Counted from the first letter of the stretch, positions 1 through 10,100 are shown. The stretch: 32,000 bases of DNA from Desulfocapsa sulfexigens DSM 10523 (GCF_000341395.1 NC_020304.1:3390001-3422000); one strand, 5' to 3'. Notes: a model not told the origin generated them from the sequence alone. A program made the numbers and translations.

Positions 1-1
1 C

Positions 2-1639
2 CCTTATTTTTATTCAACCTATGGTGATGTCAACGAAAGCATACCAACAGAGCGAAAGAAGATCATGATCATTGGCGGCGGGCCAAACCGTATCGGCCAG
101 GGTATCGAATTTGATTATTGCTGTGTTCATGGCTCATACGCACTGCAGGGTGCAGGGATTGAAACCATTATGGTGAATTCAAACCCTGAAACCGTCAGCA
201 CCGACTACGACACCAGTGATCGTCTCTATTTTGAGCCTTTGACTCTGGAAGATATCCTTCATATCTATGGGAACGAAAAATGTGACGGTGCCATAGTTCA
301 ATTTGGCGGCCAAACCCCGCTGAATCTCGCCCGTGATCTTGAAAAAAATGGAGTAACCGTCATCGGTACCAGCCCCGCTGATATTGAAGCTGCTGAAGAC
401 CGTAAGTTTTTCAGCCGACTGGTGAAAAACCTTGGCATCCTCCAGCCTGAAAATGGTATGGCCTCGACCATTGAGGAAGCCAGGACCATAGCGGCAGAGA
501 TCGGATATCCGGTGTTGATCCGTCCTTCATTTGTACTGGGCGGACGGGCTATGATGATTGTTTATGATGAAGAGATGCTCACAACATACATGGACGAGGC
601 AGTTGATGCTTCGGAAGATCGACCTGTGCTGATTGATCGCTATCTTGAGGATGCGGTGGAGGTTGATGTGGACTGTATCTCGGATGGTCACACAACGGTT
701 GTGGCCGCGGTCATGGAGCATATTGAACATGCCGGAGCTCATTCTGGTGATTCTGCCTGTATGATTCCTGCCGTCAGTCTTTCAGCTTCAACAGCTGAAA
801 GCATCAGAAGCCATGCCCATTCACTGGCAAAGGGGTTACGGGTATGTGGATTGATGAATATTCAATTCGCCATCCATAACGAGGATGTGTATGTCCTTGA
901 AGTCAATCCGCGCGCCTCACGTACCGTGCCCTTTGTCAGCAAGGCCATTGGCGTCCATCTGGCCAAACTTGGCGCTCTGGTTATGGCCGGATACAGCCTG
1001 GAGTCGCTTGGATTTACTGAAGAGATTATCCCGGCTCACTGCAGTGTCAAAGAGGCGGTATTTCCCTTTAATCGGTTTCCCGGGATTGATGTGCAGCTTG
1101 GCCCGGAAATGAAATCCACCGGTGAGGTCATGGGCATTGATCCTTTCATGAACCTTGCCTTTTATAAAAGTCAGCTGGCTGCCGGTAATCATATTCCCAC
1201 CAGCGGCAACATTTTCTTGAGTATCCGTAACCGGGATAAGGCTGCCATGCTCCCTCTTGCCGACAGACTGTTTAGAATTGGCTTCACCATCTTTGCTACC
1301 AGCGGCACCAGCAGTATTCTCGCAGATCACTCCATCCCCAGCCTCTCTGTTGCGAAAATCGCAGACGGCAGCCCCAATGTTCTTGATCTTATTGAGGAGA
1401 AGAAAGTGGACTGGCTGATCAATATCCCCACCGGCAGCACAACAACACGGATTGACGGAATAAAAATGCGCAGTCTGGCCGTAATGCGAGGACTGCCCAT
1501 CACCACAACCTTAAGCGGTATGCAGGCAGCAACAAATGGACTGTCAACGCTGAAAGAAAAGCCTATTACTGTCTGCAGCCTACAGGAATTTCACAGTAAT
1601 GCACCGCTGATCAACCTGCCAGGAGGCACAGCACCATGA
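2..1639 (+). CDS. carB: Carbamoyl-phosphate synthase large subunit, C-terminal part (5' end lies outside the window)
   Basis: The frame is open from base 2 (PYFYSTYGDVNESIPTERKKIMIIGGGPNRIGQGIEFDYCC...), which is the CarB second-half ATP-grasp motif, so the Met at 65 is internal. C-terminal allosteric domain (IFATSGTSSIL...) is present. The stop overlaps the carA start (ATGA). Confidence 0.96.
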   Translation, partial: PYFYSTYGDVNESIPTERKKIMIIGGGPNRIGQGIEFDYCCVHGSYALQGAGIETIMVNSNPETVSTDYDTSDRLYFEPLTLEDILHIYGNEKCDGAIVQFGGQTPLNLARDLEKNGVTVIGTSPADIEAAEDRKFFSRLVKNLGILQPENGMASTIEEARTIAAEIGYPVLIRPSFVLGGRAMMIVYDEEMLTTYMDEAVDASEDRPVLIDRYLEDAVEVDVDCISDGHTTVVAAVMEHIEHAGAHSGDSACMIPAVSLSASTAESIRSHAHSLAKGLRVCGLMNIQFAIHNEDVYVLEVNPRASRTVPFVSKAIGVHLAKLGALVMAGYSLESLGFTEEIIPAHCSVKEAVFPFNRFPGIDVQLGPEMKSTGEVMGIDPFMNLAFYKSQLAAGNHIPTSGNIFLSIRNRDKAAMLPLADRLFRIGFTIFATSGTSSILADHSIPSLSVAKIADGSPNVLDLIEEKKVDWLINIPTGSTTTRIDGIKMRSLAVMRGLPITTTLSGMQAATNGLSTLKEKPITVCSLQEFHSNAPLINLPGGTAP

Positions 1640-2811
1640 AAGAAGTACAATCAAAATCCTGGGATTGGGCAGCAAAAAGGGAAAAAAAAGCATTTCTTGC
1701 GCTTGAAGACGGCTCAATATATCATGGCTACTCAATTGGGTTTACTCGTGACACCATGGGAGAAGTTGTCTCTAATACCGGCATGACGGGGTATCAGGAG
1801 ATACTCTCTGATCCCTCTTACAGTGGCCAGTTGATCACTCTGACCTACCCTGAAATCGGCAACACAGGAGTAAACCCGGCTGATATGGAGTCAAGAGGTA
1901 TATTTGCCCGTGGTCTGATTGTTCATGATTACAACATTCACAGCAACTGGCGGGCCAAGGAACCGCTCAGCTCATGGCTTACCCGCAGCAAAGTGCCAGC
2001 CATTGGCGGCATAGACACCAGAGCCTTAACCATCAGGTTGCGAGACAAGGGCACTCTTAAAGGCTATCTGGCCGTATCTGGAAGCGTTGAGGAAGAAGAG
2101 GCGGTCAGGCTATCCCGAAAATGGATAGGCCTTGACAATCAGGATTATGCGTCAAGGGTTACCTGTAATAAGGTTCTACAATGTAACATTGAGGAATCCA
2201 TTCTCCCCTCCTGGGGAATTACCGGAAGTCTTTCCCCTGCCAATCTGAAAGTCGTTGCCTATGATTTTGGCATCAAGAGAAATATTCTGCGAAGCCTGCG
2301 GCTTTCCGGTATGGCCGTCACTCTTGTTCCCGCTAAAACTCGAGCCAGTGATGTCCTGGCCTTGAAACCGGACGGTGTCTTTCTCTCAAATGGCCCTGCA
2401 GACCCTACGGCTGTGACCTATGCCATTGATGCAACCCGTGAACTTATAGGGAAAGTTCCGCTCATGGGGATCTGCCTTGGCCACCAGATTCTTGGCCTGG
2501 CGCTAGGAGGCAGAACCAGTCGCCTGAAATTTGGTCATCACGGCTGTAATCATCCGGTTAAAGATCTGCTTACCGGCAGGGTTGAAATCACCTCGCAAAA
2601 TCACAATTTTTCACTTGATCGTGATTCCCTTGATTCCAGCAGAATCGATATTAGCCACATCAACCTTAACGACCAAACCGTGGAAGGAATCAGCCATCGT
2701 AGCGAACCATTATTTTCAGTGCAATACCACCCGGAAGCCTGTCCTGGGCCCCATGATCCCTTTTATCTGTTTGACAGGTTTCGTTTATTAATCGGCGGGA
2801 CAAAGGTATAA
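1636..2811 (+). CDS. carA: Carbamoyl-phosphate synthase small (glutaminase) subunit
   Basis: Class I amidotransferase motifs LMGICLGHQILGLALGG (Cys nucleophile) and QYHPEACPGPHD (His/Glu); N-terminal CPSase small-chain domain (GGIDTRALTIRLRDKGTLKG). Confidence 0.96.
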   Translation: MKEVQSKSWDWAAKREKKAFLALEDGSIYHGYSIGFTRDTMGEVVSNTGMTGYQEILSDPSYSGQLITLTYPEIGNTGVNPADMESRGIFARGLIVHDYNIHSNWRAKEPLSSWLTRSKVPAIGGIDTRALTIRLRDKGTLKGYLAVSGSVEEEEAVRLSRKWIGLDNQDYASRVTCNKVLQCNIEESILPSWGITGSLSPANLKVVAYDFGIKRNILRSLRLSGMAVTLVPAKTRASDVLALKPDGVFLSNGPADPTAVTYAIDATRELIGKVPLMGICLGHQILGLALGGRTSRLKFGHHGCNHPVKDLLTGRVEITSQNHNFSLDRDSLDSSRIDISHINLNDQTVEGISHRSEPLFSVQYHPEACPGPHDPFYLFDRFRLLIGGTKV

Positions 2812-2816
2812 AAGAT

Positions 2817-3491
2817 ATGGCAGAACGGAAGAAAAATTGCCTGGCTCCGGACATTCATCCTGATTTCCAGCAAGGCAGTTTGGGACATGCTGAAAAAGAA
2901 GAAGGAACTGGTACCCCCATACCGACAAAGGAGTTCCGTAAACAGCAGATGATGGTGATCGGCAATCGATCACAGGTATATAAAGCAATGATGTTTGCCT
3001 GGTTGCTGTCATTTCTCTCTATTCCGCTATTTTCGTTTTACGGACGTCCTTTGCAGCTCTATACAATGACGCGGTTTTCCTCAGAAGAACTGACTTTCCG
3101 GCTTGGTCTGTTTTTTGGTGCTATGGTGCTCATTTTATTTGTGTCTCTGCTGAAAACCCGACATAATCCTTACGCTTATCAACTTGTCTGGGTAATGCCG
3201 CTGGCTATATTCTTCTACTTCAGTCTCCCCTTTGTCGAAAAGATACATATAGCTCTCTTTGGCTTGTTCGGCTTTCTAACCCAAAAACTTTTTGAACAGA
3301 AAATGGCTGCTGTTTTCTGTATTTCCATCTCTTTTCTGGATGAGTTATTTCAGCATTTCCTTGTTGACAGGGTAGGTGACTGGCGTGATGTGTGGTTGAA
3401 TCTTTTTTCAGCTTCCCTTGGAATGTTCATTGCCTTTATTCTTTCCGAAGCCGGCTGCAAAAATTCTAAAGAAAATTCTACAGAATGCTAA
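2817..3491 (+). CDS. VanZ-like family integral membrane protein
   Basis: Several hydrophobic TM segments; a VanZ-type pattern of acidic/aromatic residues between TMs (FLDELFQHFLVDRVGDWRDVWLNLFSASLG). Six bases after the carA stop. Confidence 0.7.
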   Translation: MAERKKNCLAPDIHPDFQQGSLGHAEKEEGTGTPIPTKEFRKQQMMVIGNRSQVYKAMMFAWLLSFLSIPLFSFYGRPLQLYTMTRFSSEELTFRLGLFFGAMVLILFVSLLKTRHNPYAYQLVWVMPLAIFFYFSLPFVEKIHIALFGLFGFLTQKLFEQKMAAVFCISISFLDELFQHFLVDRVGDWRDVWLNLFSASLGMFIAFILSEAGCKNSKENSTEC

Positions 3492-4330
3492 AACAATCTA
3501 TTTTCATCCTTTTGGTGATTTGTTTATCTTTTCCCGCTGCAGAAGCTTACAGTGGAGACTTAAAGATAGTTGTTCTTGATGTGGGAATGGGCCAGAGTAT
3601 ATTGCTAACAGATCATGGTCACGGCCTTCTTATTGATACAGGTCTTGCTGAGTATCCCCCTCAGGTGTTGGCGAGGATGGATTATTATGGCGTACAGACA
3701 CTGGATTATCTTGTCCTCAGCCACCTTCATTCCGATCATGCTGCAGGGTACTTTGAAATCAGGAAAGCCTGGTCCGATGCTCCCGTTTTAGGGAGCTGTT
3801 ATGTGCCCGAAAGACTCCTTCCCGAAGAAGAGGCATTTTTGAAAAAAATTCAGCCGGTTCTTTCCGTGGATCCTCTTTATGGTTGCCTTGCTGCAGGAGA
3901 CACTATTTCCTGGCAGGGCTATGAACTGCAGGTTTTATGGCCCATTGTCGCACACGAAACGAATCTCAACCTTAATTCTCTTGTCCTGTTGTTAAAAAAC
4001 TCACGGGGAGGGAGCCTGCTCGTCATGGGGGATGTGGATAAATCTGTGGAAAAAAGTCTAATTCCGGTGCTACAATCCATCCTGCCTCTTTCCGGAGTTA
4101 ATTTGTATGTTGCATCGCATCATGCTTCAGCAGCCGGTACCGATCCTGAATTTTTAAATGTTGTACGACCACAGGTTTCCATTATTTCCGTTGGAAGAAA
4201 CAATCGCTTCGGGTATCCAGCTGAAAACAGCGTACGCTTCCTTGAGCAGTACAGCAAAACCGTAGTCCGAACGGACAGAAATGGCGAAATCTGTTATACG
4301 CTGGGGATGACAGCAGTACCCTGTAAGTAG
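3485..4330 (+). CDS. Secreted ComEC/Rec2-like metallo-beta-lactamase-fold hydrolase (standalone)
   Basis: Signal-peptide-like N-terminus (MLKQSIFILLVICLSFPAAEA); VVLDVGMGQSILL, HLHSDHAAGYF (HxHxDH), LLVMGDVDKSVE and VASHHAS motifs. No competence-type channel domain. Overlaps the previous CDS by 7 nt. Confidence 0.85.
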   Translation: MLKQSIFILLVICLSFPAAEAYSGDLKIVVLDVGMGQSILLTDHGHGLLIDTGLAEYPPQVLARMDYYGVQTLDYLVLSHLHSDHAAGYFEIRKAWSDAPVLGSCYVPERLLPEEEAFLKKIQPVLSVDPLYGCLAAGDTISWQGYELQVLWPIVAHETNLNLNSLVLLLKNSRGGSLLVMGDVDKSVEKSLIPVLQSILPLSGVNLYVASHHASAAGTDPEFLNVVRPQVSIISVGRNNRFGYPAENSVRFLEQYSKTVVRTDRNGEICYTLGMTAVPCK

Positions 4331-4555
4331 ATCTCGGGCAAGACCGGGAGATCAACGGAGAAAATTTGAGAGAATACAATACTGATGTCAATCTTTACAA
4401 TCAAACGAAAAGATAGTGATCTGCTCAAAGAACACGGCATGGTGCTGAACTGACTGCTTGGGTGACATCAGCCACGGTGGTATTGTTGAAATTGAAGATG
4501 AGCTTGAGGCTGAAAAGCCACAGGGACAGAGGTTAGGCGGCAGCAACTACCTTAA

Positions 4556-4601
4556 CCGGCACCATCTGGATTGGTTTCACAACCAATCCAGATGGTGCCG
4601 G
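4556..4601. repeat. Perfect inverted repeat, 21-bp arms, 4-nt loop
   Basis: CCGGCACCATCTGGATTGGTT-TCAC-AACCAATCCAGATGGTGCCGG. Lies between convergent genes (3485..4330 + and 4697..5578 -). No adjacent T-tract. Confidence 0.95.
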
Positions 4602-4696
4602 CAGATAGTATTCAGATCAAAATGATAAATATTTCCCGAAACAACCAGCTTAATCACCAGGAGGTGCAACTGGCGCTTTCGATTTTCTCCAGGAAA

Positions 4697-5578
4697 TCAG
4701 ACTTCCTTAATGCCTTCCAGCTTCCAATCCTCTGTACCCAGTGGGCGTGCCCAGGTCCACTCTTCGGCAAATTTCACGGGCTCGGTCATACTGCCGGAGA
4801 GTAACTCGCCACTCTTGTCATCAACGGTGTAATCAAGAAGATTTGCTGTAAAAAGAACGGTCGCAAAATCTTCCCCGTTTTCAGAACCGGCGGAAACAAG
4901 TTCAACCTTGCGAATGGAAATATTCTCAAGTTTATTGATCTCACCCTTAGATTCCATCTCGGCAAATTGAACTTCGTACTCAGCAGCGAGCTGTTCTCCC
5001 AGAAGATTTCTGTAGGAACTTATATCACGCCGCATCCAACCGGCCTGTACTTTATAGAACACATCCGATGCCACCTGAACAAAATAATCTTTATCAAAGC
5101 CTGGGTCAGCTATACGAATAAGATCCAGACCTTCTTCCAGCGCGGTTTTCGGGGGGGCTTGCGGTGGGGCTTTGAATCCGCCGGAAGCAGGAGCTTGATA
5201 TCCGGGAGATGCGCCACCGGAAGAACGTGCGGCCGTGAACCTTCTATACATAAAGAAAGCAACAATACCAAGGAGGAGGAAAGGAAGTATTCCCATACCG
5301 GTTCCTCCCATTCCAAACATACTGCCAAGCAGCATCCCTCCGATTGCACCGCCAAGCAGACCACCCATCAGTCCGCGGCCCATTCCAGGCTGCTTCTGCT
5401 CGGTAGCCGGCTTCTGGTTCTGGGTTACAGGAGCCTTTTGGGCTGGTGTTGAACGAAAAGAGCGTCCGCCCCCCCGGGAACGAGCATCTGAATACTCTGC
5501 CATGATACCTGCCTCAACAAAACAGAGGGTAAAAAAAAAGAGAAAAAAAGGAGTGAATTTCCTCATGGAATTCAGCAT
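4697..5578 (-). CDS. Tim44-like domain protein with Gly-rich membrane segments
   Basis: Signal/TM N-terminus, GGGRSFRS and Gly-rich TM block (GLLGGAIGGMLLGSMFGMGG), then a Tim44/MRPL45-like C-terminal domain (EEGLDLIRIADPGFDKDYFVQVASDVFYKVQAGWMRRD...). Start chosen at MLNSMRKF because GGAGG lies just upstream; the listed ORF start at 5704 is probably too long. Confidence 0.82.
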   Translation of the reverse strand: MLNSMRKFTPFFLFFFTLCFVEAGIMAEYSDARSRGGGRSFRSTPAQKAPVTQNQKPATEQKQPGMGRGLMGGLLGGAIGGMLLGSMFGMGGTGMGILPFLLLGIVAFFMYRRFTAARSSGGASPGYQAPASGGFKAPPQAPPKTALEEGLDLIRIADPGFDKDYFVQVASDVFYKVQAGWMRRDISSYRNLLGEQLAAEYEVQFAEMESKGEINKLENISIRKVELVSAGSENGEDFATVLFTANLLDYTVDDKSGELLSGSMTEPVKFAEEWTWARPLGTEDWKLEGIKEV

Positions 5579-6130
5579 TATATTCCTCCAGAAAATGATT
5601 GTATAAAAGACTTTTATTTCCCGTATATTACCAGCAGGCCATATTCCTGTCATCCCTTTTAGCAGCCTCAGACCAGTGCAGGACCCTCTCGCGAAATGAA
5701 GCATTTTTCCTGTATATCAGCCACCTACAGTTACATGTTCGAATAAACTGAACGAATGAGTTTGATTTATCTAACAGACTCATTTTGACCTGTGCTGCCC
5801 CATTTTGAGTAAAGAAACGAAACATGATTTATAAAATTAAGAGACTTCGTTTTTTAATTTCCGTAACCTACCCTCTTTGTCAGATTGTGGATTGCCCTTC
5901 AATGTAATGAAGAGATTGTTTATTACAACAAAGCACCTCCCTGCCTAAAAACAGACCACTTCCCCCCGCCATTCTTTTCTGTCGAGCACCCTGCAACGTA
6001 AAAATGTGAAACCGGGTTGTAAAAGTTGATCAGACAGAGATGTCCTGCTCATCAGCAACGAACCTACGCTACACTATATGTTTATCAAATCTGCCAACAA
6101 GTGAGCTGTTGGTGCAAAAAATATTGATTT

Positions 6131-6281
6131 CCTGTCTTGTTGTGTGTATAAGTGTTTCCGGATAATAAGCGAAGACTTGGGGGACATATGACAAATATGT
6201 CTGTCAGGCATAACAATGCACCAGCAAAGATTTTTCGTGGTGTCGTCATCTTGGCTTAAAAATATATGGCAGCAAGTCTGG
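6131..6281 (+). ncRNA. Candidate structured small RNA (6S-like shape possible, unproven)
   Basis: No credible ORF. Long imperfect closing stem: 5' CCTGTCTTGTTGTGTGTATA (6131-6150) with 3' TATATGGCAGCAAGTCTGG (6263-6281), about 17 pairs including G-U, two mismatches and one bulge. Internal hairpin GACATAT-gacaa-ATATGTC. An 11-bp hairpin (6286-6311) and an intrinsic terminator (6325-6374) follow. Confidence 0.4.
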
Positions 6282-6285
6282 CCGG

Positions 6286-6311
6286 ACTTTATTTTACTAT
6301 TAAAATAAAGT
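6286..6311. repeat. Perfect AT-rich hairpin (11-bp arms, 4-nt loop)
   Basis: ACTTTATTTTA-CTAT-TAAAATAAAGT. Confidence 0.85.
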
Positions 6312-6324
6312 GCGTATCAGAACA

Positions 6325-6374
6325 AAAAGGCCGAAGAATTACTGAATATTCAGTGATCTTCGGCCTTTTTTTTT
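6325..6374 (+). terminator. Strong rho-independent terminator
   Basis: AAAAGGCCGAAGA / TCTTCGGCCTTTT stem with inner ACTGAAT/ATTCAGT pairing, followed by a run of T. There is no protein gene on the + strand immediately upstream, so it suggests an upstream ncRNA transcript. Confidence 0.88.
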
Positions 6375-6420
6375 GCAAAAAATAAGGAAACCATCGTTTT
6401 AGTAATCACCGGAGAACAGC

Positions 6421-6531
6421 ATGACCAACAAACGAATTGTCTGTGATGAAAAGCAGTACATCATTAACACGGACGATAAAATAAACAGCTCAAAAAGAAC
6501 CCGGCCCGACACCAATTTTCAAATGAGATAA
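6421..6531 (+). CDS. Possible 36-aa small ORF / leader peptide upstream of purE
   Basis: ATG preceded by CCGGAGAACAGC; encodes MTNKRIVCDEKQYIINTDDKINSSKRTRPDTNFQMR*. Located between the terminator and purE. Confidence 0.3.
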   Translation: MTNKRIVCDEKQYIINTDDKINSSKRTRPDTNFQMR

Positions 6532-6572
6532 ACCCCACTTATAATTTTAAAAAAAACATAAGGTATAAGAAA

Positions 6573-7067
6573 ATGACTCAAAAACCACTTGTTGGAATTC
6601 TCATGGGCAGCGACTCTGACCTGCCAGTCATGAAAAAAGCGCTGGCAGTGCTTGCTGAAATGGGCGTTGCCTGCGAAATGGACATCAGCTCGGCCCATCG
6701 GCTGCCGGATAAAACGGCCGAGTATGCCCGTACGGCAAGAGAACGCGGCCTTGAAGTAATCATTGCAGGAGCAGGAATGGCAGCCCACCTGGCAGGAGTT
6801 ATTGCCGCCCATACTACTCTGCCGGTGATCGGTGTACCTCTGGCCTCAGGGGCCATGAACGGAGTGGACGCACTTCATGCCACGGTACAGATGCCTCCTG
6901 GTATCCCCGTGGCAACTGTGGCCATTGATGGTGCCAAAAATGCAGCCTATCTGGCCTGTGAGATCCTTTCAATCAAATACCCGGAACTCACCGATGCCCT
7001 TGAGAAATACAGGGAAGAGACCCGCCGGACTCTGATGGAAAAATCTGCACAGTTACGCCAGGTTTGA
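6573..7067 (+). CDS. purE: N5-carboxyaminoimidazole ribonucleotide mutase (class I PurE)
   Basis: VGILMGSDSDLPVMKKA, SAHRLPDKTAEYARTARERGLEVIIAGAGMAAHLAGVIAAHTTLPVIGVP, LLSTVQMPPGIPVATVAI-type motifs. Confidence 0.97.
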   Translation: MTQKPLVGILMGSDSDLPVMKKALAVLAEMGVACEMDISSAHRLPDKTAEYARTARERGLEVIIAGAGMAAHLAGVIAAHTTLPVIGVPLASGAMNGVDALHATVQMPPGIPVATVAIDGAKNAAYLACEILSIKYPELTDALEKYREETRRTLMEKSAQLRQV

Positions 7068-7115
7068 ACCTAGCCCATAAACGACCCACCAATAACTAAT
7101 TACAGGAGCAGTATC

Positions 7116-10100
7116 ATGTCACGAAAAATGGTCACTATTGACGGCAACCAGGCCTGTACCCATGTAGCCTATGCCACCAGCGAAATAATCACTATCTATC
7201 CAATCACGCCATCAACCTCAATGGCGGCAGAATCTGACACAAAGGCCAATTCCAACCAGAAGAACATCTGGGGCTCTGTTCCCACCGTCAGTCAGATGCA
7301 GTCCGAAGCAGGAGTTGCAGGAGCATTGCACGGTTCACTTACCACCGGTGCACTCTGCACTACTTTTTCCGCCTCCCAGGGCCTTATGCTACTGCTCCCC
7401 AACATGAACAAGATTGCAGGCGAGTTGACCCCCACTGTATTTCATATCGCTGCCCGTGCTCTGGCCTACCAGGGATTGTCCATCTTCGGTGATCACAGTG
7501 ACATCATGGCTGCCCGTCAGACCGGTTGGGCTATGCTGGGCTCTCAGAATGTCCAGGAAGCCCAGGATATGGCCCTGATATCGATGCAGTCTACGCTAAA
7601 ATCACGCATCCCCTTCATGCATTTCTTCGATGGTTTCCGTACCTCCAGTGAAATTCAAAAAATCGAACAACTGTCAGAGGAAGACATGCTGGAAATGATT
7701 GACGATGACCTGATCATTGAGCACCGTAAGCGTGGTCTGTCTCCGGATCGCCCTATGATGCGAGGAACAGCTCAGAATCCGGATGTAAATTTCACCGGCC
7801 GGGAAACAGTTAATAAATTTTATGAAGCAGTGCCTGGAATTGTCCAGGAGACCATGGACAAGTTTGCTATCCTCACCGGGCGCAGCTACCACCTCTTTGA
7901 TTACTTCGGTGCACCCGACGCCGAACACATTATTGTTGCCATGGCCTCGGGAGCAGAGACGGTGCGAGCCACCGTTGAGTATCTGGTAGCCCAGGGAGAG
8001 AAGGTAGGTCTGGTTGTGGTTCGACTGTTTCGCCCCTTTGATGCAAGCGCGCTTATCGGAGCTCTTCCGGACAGTGTCAAGTACATCACCGTACTGGATC
8101 GAACCAAGGAAAGTGGCGCGGCAGGCGAACCCTTGTATCAGGATGTCCGTACTGTTGTCGGTGAGGCCCAGGATACTGGTGTTCTTGCCAAAGCACCGAT
8201 TGTGTTAGGCGGCCGCTATGGCCTGGGATCAGCCGAATTCACCCCGGCCATGGTCAAGGCGGTGTTTGACAATATGGCTTCAACCAACTCAAAAAACCAT
8301 TTCTGTGTAGGCCCAAATGATGACGTAGCCTTTACCAGCCTTGATTACGATAAGTCCTATGATATCGAAGGCAAGGATGTCCACCGGGCCATGTTCTTCG
8401 GTCTGGGAGCTGACGGCACCGTTGGCGCCAACAAGAACAGTATCAAGATCATCGGTTCCGAGACCGACAATAATGCCCAGGGATATTTTGTCTATGATTC
8501 AAAAAAATCCGGTTCCATAACCACCAGTCATCTTCGTTTCGGCAAAAATAAAATCATGGCCCCCTACCTCATCAACAAGGCCAGTTTTGTTGCCTGCCAT
8601 AAGTTTACTTTTCTTGATCAGTATGACATGCTGGCCAGCATCGAGGAAAACGGGACCTTTCTGCTTACAACTTCTTTCAGCAAGGATGACGTCTGGAAGC
8701 ACCTTCCAGCAAAAGTCCAGAAGCAGATGATTGACAAGAAGTTGAAATTTTACATCATCGATGCCATCAGCCTCGCCGCAGCCCTGGGCCTTGGCGCCAG
8801 GATCAACATGATCATGCAGACTGCTTTCTTTTTGATCTCCGACATCATCTCCAAAGAAGAAGCCATCAGCTCCATCAAAACCGCCATCAAAAAAACATAC
8901 GGAAAAAAGGGTGAGAAGGTGGTCAAGATGAACTACGACGCCGTGGACGCAGCGGTAAACAATATCGTATCCGTTACTGTACCCTCATCTATCAACGGCC
9001 ACGAACTTCCACCAACCGTACCCGCCGATGCCCCTGCTTTCGTCAAGGAGGTAACGGCAAAGATGATTGAGGGCAAGGGGTCCGAGATCAGGGTTTCCCA
9101 GATGCCCTGCGATGGTACCTGGCCCACCGCCACTACCCAATATGAAAAACGCAACATTGCCGTTCAGGTTCCCCAGTGGGATGCGGGGACCTGTATTCAA
9201 TGCGGTCAATGTTCCCTGGTCTGTCCCCATGCCTCCATCCGCATAAAAATTGTTGACCAGAATAGTCTGAACGATGCACCTGCAACCATGCAGAGTGTTG
9301 ATGCCGTTGGAAAACAGTTTAAGGACCGTAAATTTGTCCTTGCCGTTTCCACTGAGGATTGTAATGGCTGCAGTCATTGTGTATCTGTCTGTCCGGCCCG
9401 CAAGAAAAATGCTGCTGGAGAAAAAACTGAAGAGCGCGCATTGGCCATGGCAGATAATAATGAGGAGATCCGAATCCGTGAATCAGGCAATTACGCCTTT
9501 TTTCTCAATCTGCCGGAGCTTGATTGCAGTGAAATCAACCCGAGCACTATAAAAGGCAGTCAGCTGTTACGACCTCTTTTTGAGTACCCTGGTGCCTGTG
9601 TGGGCTGTGGTGAGACCCCGTACATCAAACTGGCCACCCAGCTTTTCGGCGACCGGATGATGATTGCTAATGCCACCGGCTGCTCCTCCATCTACGGCGG
9701 CAATCTACCCACTACCCCCTACTGCAAGCGGAGTGATGGACGAGGGCCGATTTGGGCCAACTCGCTGTTTGAAGACAATGCCGAGTTTGGTCTTGGTATG
9801 CGCCAGACCGTCAACAAATTGGCGTCCCAGGCCGTTGAACTGCTTGAAGGTGCGGTAACGGCAGGGCTTGTGGAGCAGAGTATGGTTGATAAAATACTGA
9901 ATGCCCCCCAGACCAGCCAGGTAGAGATTGAGACCCAACGTGAGATGATTGCATGGTTAAAAAAGAAACTTGAGGGAACCACCTTTCCAAAAGCTCAGCA
10001 ATTACTCCATGTGGTCGATTATCTCGTGAAAAAATCGGTATGGATATTCGGTGGTGACGGGTGGGCATATGATATCGGCTACGGTGGTCTCGACCACGTG

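Noticed and set aside
885-1330. Out-of-frame and antisense ORFs within carB (75 and 137 aa)
   Set aside because: Fully inside the CarB coding frame, no recognisable domain.
4556-4601. Inverted repeat as an insertion-sequence terminus
   Set aside because: The arms are adjacent with a 4-nt loop, there is no transposase ORF and no target duplication is visible.
4571-4804. 77-aa plus-strand ORF next to the inverted repeat
   Set aside because: Overlaps the Tim44-like gene in antisense, starts inside the repeat and has no motif. A short upstream frame (GDISHGGIVEIEDELEAEKPQGQRLGGSNY) might be a gene remnant, but I could not identify it.
5628-6130. Possible tmRNA, SRP RNA or RNase P RNA in the long intergenic region
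   Set aside because: I looked for the characteristic tRNA-like 3' end, the SRP Alu/S-domain GGTCAGGTCCGGAAGGAAGCAGC core and the RNase P GAGGAAAGTCC core and saw none.
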